Positions 25,042-36,529 of a stretch of 64,000 nt of DNA are shown piece after piece; the first letter of the stretch is position 1; each line of letters starts with the position of its first letter. Under the pieces are notes generated by a model, which did no database searches, was not told the origin of the DNA, and saw only the letters and a list, made by a program, of their open reading frames with translations. Origin of the DNA: Macrostomum lignano (lineage: Eukaryota). Made by a program: the position numbers and the translations under genes. The stretch covers positions 240,673-304,672 of the forward strand of contig NIVC01001556.1 of NCBI GenBank assembly GCA_002269645.1, given 5' to 3'.

Positions 25042-28000
25042 ATGTCTATGTCCCTAGCCGAGGACGATGACAAGGAGCTCTACATTGATGACTCCGGCTG
25101 TACTGGCGCCTTCTACAATCCGCGCGCTTCCCTCAGCTTAGAGCAGCAGCGCCAAGCACTGCCAGTGTACAGAGTGCGTTCCCACCTGCTTTACCTGCTG
25201 GAGATCAAGCAGACACTTGTACTAGTTGGCGAGGCTGGTTCTGGCAAAAGCACACAGGTGTGAACATCCATGTTCGTTTTTTTTCCATTTCTAATATTTT
25301 TACTAACAGTAGCGTGTAACGTAAAGTTTTATTATAATTGCATTTGGCAACTCAAGTTTCGTTTGAAGTATCAAATTTGGATTCTTGGGATTTGCATACT
25401 TTTGAAATAAGTGAATATTAGTGGGTGTCTCATCAGCTCGAATTCGAAATCTCGAGATTAAAAACACAACTCGATAGCAAAATTAACTTTGATTTTTGTG
25501 TTTTGCATTTAAACAGCATTAAAAATGATAATTTAGTCGTAAGGTTTTGTCGTTTTCTTCTCGTCGGATCTTTCATCTGGTAAACTCTCCCGCTCGCCGC
25601 AGGTGCCACAGTACCTAGTTGAAACTGGCTGGACCTCGGACGGCCGGCAGGTGTGCGTCACTCAGCCCCGGCGCGTGTCGGCCGTCACCCTGGCGTCTCG
25701 GGTGTGCGACGAGGCCGGCTGGCGGCTTGGCGAACAGTGCGGCTACGCTGTGAGATTTGCCGACTGTCGCAGCCAGGCCACCCGGGTGCTGTTCGCCACT
25801 GACGGCGTGCTGGTGCGACTGCTGGCTAGGGATCCTCTGCTGCAGGACTTCTGCGTTGTTATGGTAATTCAGGTTTTTTTGTTATTGCTTCATTTTTGCT
25901 GACATCTCATCGCACAAACAGCGCTGACGGCAATTCTGCCCATTCCGCTGGCTCCTGGCTAAGGACCGCTGTACACTCTGTTCGAGCGCGTGTCTGCGTA
26001 CACCGTATCTGTGTGTTTGCTCAAAGGTCAGCGGAATGGACATGGACCTAGCTCGGTTTGCTCAATGCTCCTTGACCCTCACCCGATAGAGCCAGGTAAA
26101 TAAAATATGACCAAATTACGAGCGTAACTTTGACCCCGCCAGGTGGACGAAGCTCACGAGCGCACGTTTCACACTGACCTGGCGCTGTGCCTGCTTCGCA
26201 AAGTCCAACGCCGCCGACCGGATCTTCGTGTAATCGTCTCGTCTGCCACCATCGATGCCGACGCTTATTTAAAGTTCTTCGGCGATTCCGCAGCCTGCCT
26301 GTCTGTTGAGGGCCGGCAATATCCGGTTGATATTCACTATTCTGCCAGTCCCGTGCCCTGCTACATGGCTGCCGCTTTGGACACTGTATTGGCTATTCAC
26401 AGGCGCTGCGGCCCAGGCGGTGTGCTGGTGTTTCTCACCGGTCAGGAGGAGGTGCTCCGGCTGGTGCAACAGCTGCGCGAGGCCGCTATAAAGGTGCGTT
26501 CTAGGAGTCCACTGATGATTTGGAAACCAAGGGGTTGTCGTGTGATTTACACCCGTGAGGATTGTGGGACCCGCAGGATATCTAACTAAAATTTCTGACA
26601 GGAGCACATCTTTTGGAGTAAAAAAATTACATAAAACTGCACTTCGCCTTTCAAGAAACCTAAAACAATAAGCCACAGTATCACTATACACCCGAGTTGC
26701 TGACCGACTGATTTGTCCATACAAAAGATAATAATAATCTCAGTAAGTACATGTGGGAGCACGAGAATTTCCCGCCGAGATTTGGCCGCAATGCAATTTG
26801 CCCGCTATGCTGTTTTAATGCAGCGCATTTAGCCACTCGGCAGATCTTGTCTGCATTGCCCCCCCCCCAAATGCTTAGTACTGCATAAGTCTTAATAAAG
26901 AGATTTGTTGGGGGCCAAACCGGCATATATGCATCCCTACTGAATACCCTACAAGAAAAACATGCATTTGATATGCAGTTACTATCAAAACGTTTCGATC
27001 GCGTTAATCTCTTTATAAAGAACTTACCAAGACAAAATCTGCCACGTGGCTAAATGCGCTGCAGAATTGCAGCATTGCGGGCAATTCTTATGGACCCGGT
27101 ACATGTATACAGGAAAGTCTATGACGTACCACTAGTCGTTTCACAAACAAAATAGTGATGCTTCTTTAAAGATTTTATGTTGCTACTTTGTGCGCATACT
27201 TCTCAATTCGTCTTGTCGCTTGTAGCAGCAAAATGTTAAAACTTGCAACTTATTTTATTGTTATATGAAACATTCAGACATACCTGTATACAGGGTATAG
27301 GCATAAATATAGTTAATTCTATAAAGTTATTGCATTGAAAATAAAGCATAGGTCCATATCTGAGGCTCATACTTAGCGCGACGTAGACTCTTAAAAATTC
27401 TGAACAAGCATACTAACAATGCTGCTTAGAAACTGAAGCTGTAAAGAATAACAATGAGAAATAGAAGAAATGGATTCTGTTATACCAGTACTTCTGTAAA
27501 AATGAATATAATTAAACCAATTCATTCGCGGCGCCAGTATCGCTGAGACGGCTGCGCCCGACTATCCCTATAACGCGAGCGCCGCTCCTTGAACTGAACG
27601 GATTTGGGCGTCGGTGGCATCTGCTGATGCGTGTAGCGATGCCTATAACCTTCCTGGCTTCTGTCGGGCTCGTAGCCTCTGAAGTCGTCTCTGAACTGTC
27701 CCTCATCCAAGTCGGAATAATCAGTTTGAGTGTCCACTTCATCGCTAAGCCTACCAGTTGGCGCAGTGCGATGCTGGTCATGTTGAGTAAAACGTCTTCT
27801 GCTCCTGCTAGAGTCGTATGGTCGACTAGCCGGCGGAGGCCACCTGTCGAAATCTGAGGGCCCCATCGGGGCGCCTGTTTCATCGAAAGCTCTAGTTTGA
27901 AGATATCGCTGTTGACGGTGACGCTGTGGCGGCGGTGACGACGGCGGTGAAGCGAATTGAGCAGCAGAAGGCGTCTGCATAGTCCGCCGGGTTGATGGCC

Positions 28001-28834
28001 CTCGATGGGATCGTGTTTGCATTGAAACTGCAGGCGAATCGGGTGTCATCTTTACGGACGATAGTGATTGTTGGGCCGGAAAATTTGTCGAAAGACGGGC
28101 GCAACAGTTGCCACAGCGGCGGCACTCGAATGACCGAATTAGAAGCGACAGATCGACATGAGGACAGCTGAAGATGGGCTTTATTTGCTGCTTAGTTTCT
28201 CTCCAGCCGTCTCCGTCTCGAGGTGGCCCCTCGACTGACCCTGACGAAAATAATTCGTCGTCCAACTCGACTCTATCGTTGCGAACTGCTTGCTTATGCA
28301 GGCTACCCTTGTTAAGTGCCCGGCTGTTGAAGCGATAATCAATTGCGGGCGAGGCCTCGTTGCCGCTGCTGCCGCTAATGCTGGAATCGCTACCGTCGTA
28401 GTAATCATCTGGTGGGTAGTAAGAATGCGGTCGTCGATGCCGTCTTGGCTCTGGAACTGCGGAATCGCGATGGAAATCATTCAGCGGCCTTAGACGCTGT
28501 CTCCGGGCGGCTTCAGCGTCAGTCGATGATGCCATCGGCTCCGGCTCCGTAGGGAAGGCCCCGTAACTCCGACGTCGCCCAGAGTGGCGGCTATCGCCAG
28601 CAGAATCAGCAGCTAGTGGCGGTGGTGGCGGTGGCGCCGGTGGTGGTGGTGGGGGCGGTGGCGGTGGGGCCGACCGAGCTGCAGTGTGCCGTCTCGCATA
28701 ATGACTACGCTGCGGCGGACTCAAACCAATCGGAGCGAAACGCGAGTCTCCGCCTCGTTCCGATACTCTTGAACTGCTGCTCGTCCTCTGAGCAATGTCA
28801 GGTACCTGCCAGTCGGATTGGTGCTGCCTCTGTC

Positions 28835-28866
<32 letters not shown>

Positions 28867-31800
28867 AAATGTAATTGTTGTTGTTTCTGCTGGCTTCTTT
28901 GCTGTCGTGGTGTGTCACCTTCGCTTACATCGGACGGAAATTCGAGGACGCTGTCAGGGACGCGATAGTCGCCGAATACTGGCATCCGTTCGATCGGGCC
29001 AATTTGCCGTTGCGAAATATTTTTCATCCAGCTTGTCAATATTTTTTTAACTTGAACTGAAGCGTCAGCAACATACAAGGCGGAACATTTGGCCTTGTAT
29101 ATTTAAAGCTGTTACTATCCTTAGTACGCATCTTATGCCGACGCACATTCGGAATCCAATAAGTTGAGCCATAGACACTGCAGCTTATACGCGCAGCAGT
29201 TTTTCTCGACCATGGATAATACAAGGACTACTTTAGTAGATGGACGGGAAACTAAGTTTCTTGAAAAATTTTAGGAGACAAAAGGTTTCGGAAATACATT
29301 ACGGAGATTAGAAGGCAGACCCAATGTTCATATTTTGATGTCTTACCTACCTATTTTATCAATCTGTTACACATTTTGATACACAGTCAGCTAAGAATAA
29401 TAAAATAGATTCATAAACCAATGAGCCGAGCCATTTTTATGATTTTTAGGCACATGACGTACAATTGTACACACAGGATTTAAAATTAACATACAATCCT
29501 AATTTTCTAAACAAAAAGCTCTATCAATGTCAGCTATAAGAAATCCAAGACCTATCATAAGGTAAACATTGGGTCTGCCTCCTAAAAGTTTCCAAGAAAC
29601 GTAGTTTCCCGTCCATCTACTAAAGTAGTCCTTGGCATAAAATACTTTTTTGATAAGTCGCTCTGCAGCAATTCAAGACTTGCAGAGAATCAAAGCAATT
29701 TAACTGAATATAAGTAACTAATTAATATATACGTTAATATTAATATATGCCTTCACCTTCTGTACCCGAATCCTCCTCGTCTGCAGAGCTCCTCTGGACA
29801 ACAGTTGAAGGTGTTCGCCTTATACGGCGGCCAGAGTGCTCGCCAACAGTTGCGCGCCTTCGAGAATGTTGGCCAGGCCAATCGCAAGGTAGTGGTGGCC
29901 ACTAACTTGGCCGAGACCTCCGTCACCGTGCCCGGAATTCGCTATGTTGTCGATTGCGGATTTCAAAAACTGCGCGTATTCGATCCGCGCACCGGCTTAG
30001 AGTCTCTGGCCGTCTGTCCGGTGTCAGCCTCGGCCGCTGAGCAGCGGGCCGGCCGGGCTGGTCGCACCCAGTCCGGCGCGGTGTACCGCCTCTACCCGGA
30101 GTCTGAGGCGGCTCGCCAGCTGCCCCACACCCCGGCAGAGCTGGAGCGATGCGATCCCAGCCCTCTGCTTCTGCAGCTGCTGTCCATGGGCGTGCGCGAT
30201 TTGCGGCGATTCAACTTCCTAAGCGCTCCAGCACCCGGCGCTATGGCTCGCGCCTGCGAACTTCTGCGCGCGCTCGGCGCTCTCGATTCCGAGGCGCGTC
30301 TGACTTCGCTTGGCGCCAGAATGGCCGAACTGCCTGTGGCGCCGATGCTAGCGCGCAGTCTACTAGCTGGCGCGGAATTAGGCTGCGGCGCTGATATCTG
30401 CGGATTAGCCGCCTGTCTACAGGTAGATGTAGCTGATGTCTGCGGATTAGCCGCCTGTCTACAGGTAGATGTAGCTGATATCTGCGGATTAGCCGCCTGT
30501 CTACAGGTAGATGTAGCTGATATCTGCGGATTAGCTACAGGTAGATGTAGCTGATGTCTGCGGATTAGCCGCCTGTCTACAGGTAGATGTAGCTGATGTC
30601 TGCGGATTAGCCGCCTGTCTACAGGTAGATGTAGCTGATATCTGCGGATTAGCCGCCTGTCTACAGGTAGATGTAGCTGATATCTGCGGATTAGCCGCCT
30701 GTCTACAGGTAGATGTAGCTGATATCTGCGGATTAGCCGCCTGTCTACAGGTAGATGTAGCTGATATCTGCGGATTAGCTGTAGGTGTCTACAGGTAGAT
30801 GTAGCTGATTACTGCGGATTAGCTGTAGGTGTCTACAGGTAGATGTAGCTGATATCTGCGGATTAGCTGTAGGTGTCTACAGGTAGATGTAGCTGATATC
30901 TGCGGATTAGCTGTGGGTGTCTACAGGTAGATGTAGCTGATATCTGCGGATTAGCTGTAGGTGTCTACAGGTAGATGTAGCTGATTACTGCGGATTAGCA
31001 GTAGTTGTCTACAGGTAGATGTAGCTGATTACTGCGGATTAGCTGTAGTTGTCTACCGGTAGATGTAGCTGATTACTGCGGATTAGCTGTAGGTGTCTAC
31101 AGGTGGATGTAGCTGATTACTGCGGATTAGCAGTAGTTGTCTACAGGTAGATGTAGCTGATATCTGCGGATTAGCTGTAGGTGTCTACAGGTAGATGTAG
31201 CTGATATCTGCGGATTAGCTGTAGGTGTCTACAGGTAGATGTAGCTGATATCTGCGGATTAGCCATAGGTGTCTACAGGTAGATGTAGCTGATATCTGCG
31301 GATTAGCAGTAGGTGTCTACAGGTAGATGTAGCTGATTACTGCGGATTAGCAGTAGGTGTCTACAGGTAGATGTAGCTGATATCTGCGGATTAGCTGTAG
31401 GTGTCTACAGGTAGATGTAGCTGATATCTGCGGATTAGCAGTAGGTGTCTACAGGTAGATGTAGCTGATATCTGTGGATTAGCTGTAGGTGTCTACAGGT
31501 AGATGTAGCTGATTACTGCGGATTAGCAGTAGTTGTCTACAGGTAGATGTAGCTGATTACTGCGGATTAGCTGTAGTTGTCTACCGGTAGATGTAGCTGA
31601 TTACTGCGGATTAGCTGTAGGTGTCTACAGGTAGATGTAGCTGATTACTGCGGATTAGCAGTAGTTGTCTACAGGTAGATGTAGCTGATTACTGCGGATT
31701 AGCTGTAGTTGTCTACCGGTAGATGTAGCTGATTACTGCGGATTAGCTGTAGGTGTCTACAGGTAGATGTAGCTGATTACTGCGGATTAGCAGTAGTTGT

Positions 31801-32678
31801 CTACAGGTAGATGTAGCTGATTACTGCGGATTAGCTGTAGTTGTCTACCGGTAGATGTAGCTGATTACTGCGGATTAGCTGTAGGTGTCTACAGGTAGAT
31901 GTAGCTGATATCTGCGGATTAGCCATAGTTGTCTACAGGTAGATGTAGCTGATATCTGCGGATTAGCCATAGGATTTACTATACCTAGTTTTGTTTTGAG
32001 TAAACGGCTTGAGTAACCATTGCTGTAATATGATAAGCAAATGCTTCGTCATCTACTTAGAAAGAATTCCTACCTTGATTTAATTTACCTAATCAACCAT
32101 TACTTCTCCAAAAGGTGCGCGCCCTATTCCTGGTGCCGCAGCATCGCCGCAACGCGTCGAGACGGGCCAAGCGGACCTTCGCCTGCCAGGAGGGCGACCA
32201 TCTGACCATGCTGAATGCGTTGCGCGCCTACGAGAGTCGAGCAGCTACTCTGGCGCCTCAGCGGCTGTCGCAATGGTGCGCCAAGCATTTCCTTAGCCAG
32301 CGCGCCCTGTCCCGCGCCTCCGAGCTGCGTCGTCGAATTCAGCTGGCGCTCGGCCTGCCGGACGCGCAGAAAGTGTCCGATTATCGATTGATCCTGCGCG
32401 CCCTGGCAGCCGGACACTTCGCCCAGGCGGCCCGGCTGCTGCCTAGCGGCGAACGATACGAAAGTCTGAGAGGCGGGCACCCGCTCTACCTGCACCCGGG
32501 CTCAGTGTTGCACAGCGAGCGCTGGCCGCAATGCGTTGTATTCACCGATCTGGAGAGTGCCGGAGATAAATTCATGATGGAATCGGTTAGCTCTGTTGAG
32601 CCTGGCCTGCTGGTTGAACTGGCGCCGCATTACTATGCCTACGGCACCGAGGCTGAACGGCTTATGGGCTCCGTTTGA
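25042..32678 (+). CDS. DHX35: DEAH-box ATP-dependent RNA helicase DHX35 orthologue, about 675 aa, 5 exons
   Basis: Exons 25042-25257, 25603-25863, 26143-26493, 29787-30422, 32115-32678, all phase 0 GT-AG. Motifs: YNPRASLSLEQQRQALPV (DHX35-like N-terminus), GEAGSGKSTQ (Walker A), TQPRRVSA, VDEAHER, SSAT, FLTGQEE, ATNLAETSVTVPGI, QRAGRAGR, EGDHLTMLN, LHPGSVL. The 5' end may extend to the acceptor at 25034-25035. Confidence 0.93.
26755..27097. mobile_element. MITE-like element with long imperfect inverted repeats, in DHX35 intron 3
   Basis: Ends GGGAGCACGAGAATTTCCCGC and GCGGGCAATTCTTATGGACCC are inverted, and 26790-26845 is inverted relative to 27028-27085. A related partial copy lies at 43560-43742. 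No clear TSD. Confidence 0.65.
27522..29027 (-). CDS. Nested antisense gene in DHX35 intron 3: about 500-aa low-complexity Q/P/S/R-rich protein with a Cys cluster, function unknown
   Basis: Uninterrupted frame 29078-27522 with first ATG at 29027, GC-rich like the other exons. Contains poly-Gln, poly-Pro and CPH...CRRCGNCC. AATAAA on the minus strand at 27259-27254. No recognisable domain; start uncertain. Confidence 0.65.
29222..29634. mobile_element. MITE, about 413 bp, TIRs beginning CAAGGACTACTTTAGTAGATGGACGGGAAACTA
   Basis: 33-bp perfect inverted repeat (29222-29254 vs 29602-29634), extending to about 56 bp with few mismatches; AT-rich non-coding interior; no convincing TSD. Confidence 0.85.
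30391..31972 (+). repeat. Minisatellite (42 bp, then 44 bp unit) made of the DHX35 exon 4 / intron 4 junction
   Basis: Unit = last 32 nt of the exon (CTGATATCTGCGGATTAGCCGCCTGTCTACAG) + first 10 nt of the intron (GTAGATGTAG). About 36 donor-like sites from 30423 to 31939. Confidence 0.95.
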
Positions 32679-32849
32679 GCAAAATTTGCACTTTTAGCGC
32701 TAATTAGATGGCGAGGCATCTACCTTATGTAATACAGTCGCGTTTGTGTAAATACAAATACTGATTTTGTGGATATCCCAGTGAAACTTGTAAAACTTTT
32801 CTTCGTTTTTTTCTATCTTATTTCTATTAATAATGATAATTATTATTAG

Positions 32850-33985
32850 GTATTAGTGATATTGCAGGAAGGCTGCGGGCACCCGGCAGTGGCGTCGCCA
32901 GGAATTTCAAATGGGGGGGGCGGGTTGGCCTGGCTGGCCATGTCTTATGCCATTGCGACTTTTGGCGCCGCAGGCGCTCAGTTTAGCGCCGTAGGCACTC
33001 ATTTTGGCGCCGCAGGCACTCATTTTGGCGCCGCAGGCACTCATTTTGGCGCCGCAGGCACTCATTTTGGCGCCGCAGGCACTCATTTTGGCACCTCAAG
33101 CAAGCACTCATTTTGGCACCTCAAGCAAGCACTCATTTTGGCGCCGCAGGCACTCATTTTGGCGCCGCAGGCACTCATTTTGTCGCCGCAGGCACTCATT
33201 TTGGCACCTCAAGCAAGCACTCATTTTGGCACCTCAAGCAAGCACTCATTTTGGCGCCGCAGGCACTCATTTTGGCGCCGCAGGCACTCATTTTGGCGCC
33301 GCAGGCACTCATTTTGGCACCTCAAGCAAGCACTCATTTTGGCGCCGCAGGCACTCATTTTGGCGCCGCAGGCACTCATTTTGTCGCCGCAGGCACTCAT
33401 TTTGGCGCCGCAGGCACTCATTTTGGCACCTCAAGCAAGCACTCATTTTGGCACCTCAAGCAAGCACTCATTTTGGCGCCGCAGGCACTCATTTTGGCGC
33501 CGCAGGCACTCATTTTGGCGCCGCAGGCACTCATTTTGGCACCTCAAGCAAGCACTCATTTTGGCGCCGCAGGCACTCATTTTGGCGCCGCAGGCACTCA
33601 TTTTGGCGCCGCAGGCACTCATTTTGGCGCCGCAGGCACTCAATTGCCTCCTGGTTTTTTGGTATCCGCCGCGCCCAACCCCACCCAGGCGATTGAGGGG
33701 GGGGGGGGCGCCCCCCCCCCTGGCTACGCCACTGGCACCCGGGCACAACGCCCATCGTCCCACACGCCAGCGTTGACGGCCATTCTGCCCATTCCGCTGA
33801 CTCCTGAGCACATTCAAGCACGCACTCACACACACGCTCACACGGGTGTACAGCGGCCTGACTTTCTAATCGTCAGGCATGTACACTCTCTGCGCCTTGG
33901 GGGTTGGCCCTCATGGGTGTGAATCGTGAATCACACGACAACCCCAAACCGGCCCCAAATTAATGTGGTCGCGCCAAATGTCAAA
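32850..33985 (-). mobile_element. 5'-truncated copy of the second SINE family, split by the hAT MITE
   Basis: 33743-33985 aligns by eye with 23700-23960; 32850-32886 continues it on the other side of the insertion. Confidence 0.6.
32887..33734. mobile_element. Non-autonomous hAT-type DNA transposon (848 bp) with internal 21/25 bp minisatellite
   Basis: 16-bp TIRs CAGTGGCGTCGCCAGG and CCTGGCTACGCCACTG (1 mismatch); perfect 8-bp TSD GCACCCGG at 32879-32886 and 33735-33742. Interior array (GCACTCATTTTGGCGCCGCAG)n at about 32957-33645. Confidence 0.9.
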
Positions 33986-34111
33986 TGTAGTCAAATGTAC
34001 TACAAGCTAAATTAGCTAAGTAAGTGTTACTAGTAATCGAAAGTATTTGAAAATAATTTTTGCCAAGTCTTCGAACCTCTACACACTATTCGACCTCCTT
34101 CGCCATCCCAG

Positions 34112-36238
34112 TCGGACGAATCTTTGCCGTCAATTCGCATTCAATGCGGCGACGGCGAGGAGCTCATCGCCAGTCGGGCCGACCTTGTACTGTCCGGCGG
34201 CGCCTATTTCTCGGCCATGCTAGAGCGCAGCCGGATGTCCGAATCGCTGACCGGTTTAGTCCGGTTGCCCGACCTTCAGTTCGGCCAGGTGTCCGAGTTT
34301 CTTCGCGCGGCGCTGCACGCCGACTATAGCGAATCGGCTGGCCAGATTGACCGGCTGTGGCGGCTGCTGCGGCTGGCGATGAGGTTCCAGGCCGATCAGG
34401 TTCTGCAGGGCTGCTGCCAGCGCCTTGCCGACTGCGCCTTCGGCAGCGAGGATGAGCAGCAGCGGAAGGCGGACCCGGCAGAACCGGCAGTGCCGCTGGC
34501 CTGCGCGCTGGCCCGGCTGTCCGGCTGCCGCGTTACCGGCGCCGCTGCCGCTCTGGACCGCCTGCTAAGCCGCTTGGCCGGCGCTGATCTGTCCGAGCTG
34601 GCCGGCAGTCCCGCCTGGCTCCGCTGCTGCCGACGAAGCCTGCACGCCGAGGTGCTTCGACGCGCGGCAGTCGACTGGCCGGCCGACTGGCTGGCCGCCG
34701 CGTCCTCCTGGTCCGGCCGACATCTAGAATCGACGTCCGACTTCCTGATTGACTGCCTCCGTCCGACTGAGCGACCAGCCGGCGCCAATATCGACGCGTC
34801 TTTGGCATTTCAGCAGAGACTTTTGGCTAGCAGGAAATCGCCGCCAGTGCTGCTGACCGGCCACGCCAGGGCGCCGCGCAGGGCATCCAACTTCGGCCTC
34901 GTCGAAGTCGGCCGATTGATGCCGCTACGCTCCGCTGATTGGACCGCGTCGACGCCGTGTCACGTGATTGAGTCGCGCGACCTGCAAGAGATGCACGGCT
35001 ACTGCTTGTTGTCTATTGGCGATCGCTGGCTGATTGTCGGTGGCGAGAATGCCTACGGTCGGGGCATGTGGGTGCGCGAGGTGCGCGAGTTCACGACGCC
35101 GCCGTTGTCGTCGGAACTTTCGGCGACAAAGCCGGAGCTCGGCCGGCTATTGGCGGAGCTGCCCTACCCTGTGCGCGATCACTGCGTCTGCACGGACGGG
35201 CGTCGTCTGTTTGTTGCCGGCGGCGCCACCACCTATCGAAAGCTGTCTAATAAAGTCTGCTATTTGGATTTGGAAACTGGTAAATTGATGCATACGTGTA
35301 TTGTACTGATTTTTAACAGGTAACACTGCGTAGACCCTAGAATACCGCGGAGTGGGGTGGGTGTTTCGTAAACCCTAGAATACCGCGGAGTGGGGTGGGT
35401 GTTTTGTAGACCCTAAATAACCGCGGAGTGGGGTGGGTGTTTCGTAGACCCTAGAATACCGCGGAGTGGGGTGGGTGTTATGACTTGTTAAAAGCTTATT
35501 CCGATTGGCAGTTTCCATGCTATTTTTACTGTACCGTACATGCAACATAAGCTATTGATAAATGACAGCCGCACTATACACAGGCACCTGGACCAGTCTG
35601 CCGCCCCTGCCTAGCCGCATGTACGGCCTTCGATCTGCCGCAGTCGACGATCTGCTCATTGTGTACCACTGCCGCACTCCTCACATAGTGTTCTGCTGGG
35701 ACCTGCGCGGCCCTCCCGGCCAGATGTGGACCCAACTGTCCGCTATCGATCTGCTGTCGTTTCTATATTTCAATCGCAAATCCACCGGAGAGAAGGCCCT
35801 ACTCATTGATTTCCTGCAGGTGAAAAGTTTCTCCTTTGTCGGCTGCGGGCGTCACCTGTTGTTCGCATTCGACAACGCTGTGCGCGGCCCGTCGCCCTAT
35901 CCAGGCGCGATGGCGATGCATTTCGGCGATTTCCGCACCCTCCTGCGCTGCTTCCTGGATCATCGGGCCAAGCCGGAGCCAGGCGGGGATCCCGAGGCGC
36001 CATTTGCCAGGTGTGAGCACTGCTGCTTATAGTAGGCGGTATGGCTTTTTTCTATCAGTAGGACGCGATTGAAATTAAAGTTGAAAATAAATTTACCAGC
36101 TGTCTGTCTGTCTGTTGGTCTGTCTACATGTATCTATCTGTCTATCTATCTATCAATCTATCTATCTATCTATCAATCTATCTATCTATCTATCTATCTA
36201 TCTGTCTATTTATCTATTTATCTATCTATATATCTATC

Positions 36239-36269
<31 letters not shown>

Positions 36270-36391
36270 CTATCTGTCTATTTATCTATTTATCTATCTA
36301 TCTATCTATCTGTCTACCTATCTATTTATTTATCTATCTATCTATCTATCTATCTATATATCTATCTATCTATCTACATATCTATTTATCC

Positions 36392-36433
<42 letters not shown>

Positions 36434-36498
36434 TTATCTATTTATCTATCTATCTATCTATCTATCAATCTATCCATCTATCGATCTATCTATCTATC

Positions 36499-36529
<31 letters not shown>

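Noticed and set aside
32856-33922. ORFs of 230-306 aa as a transposase or cargo gene of the hAT element
   Set aside because: They are purely translations of the internal 21/25-bp repeat; no DDE or zinc-finger motifs.
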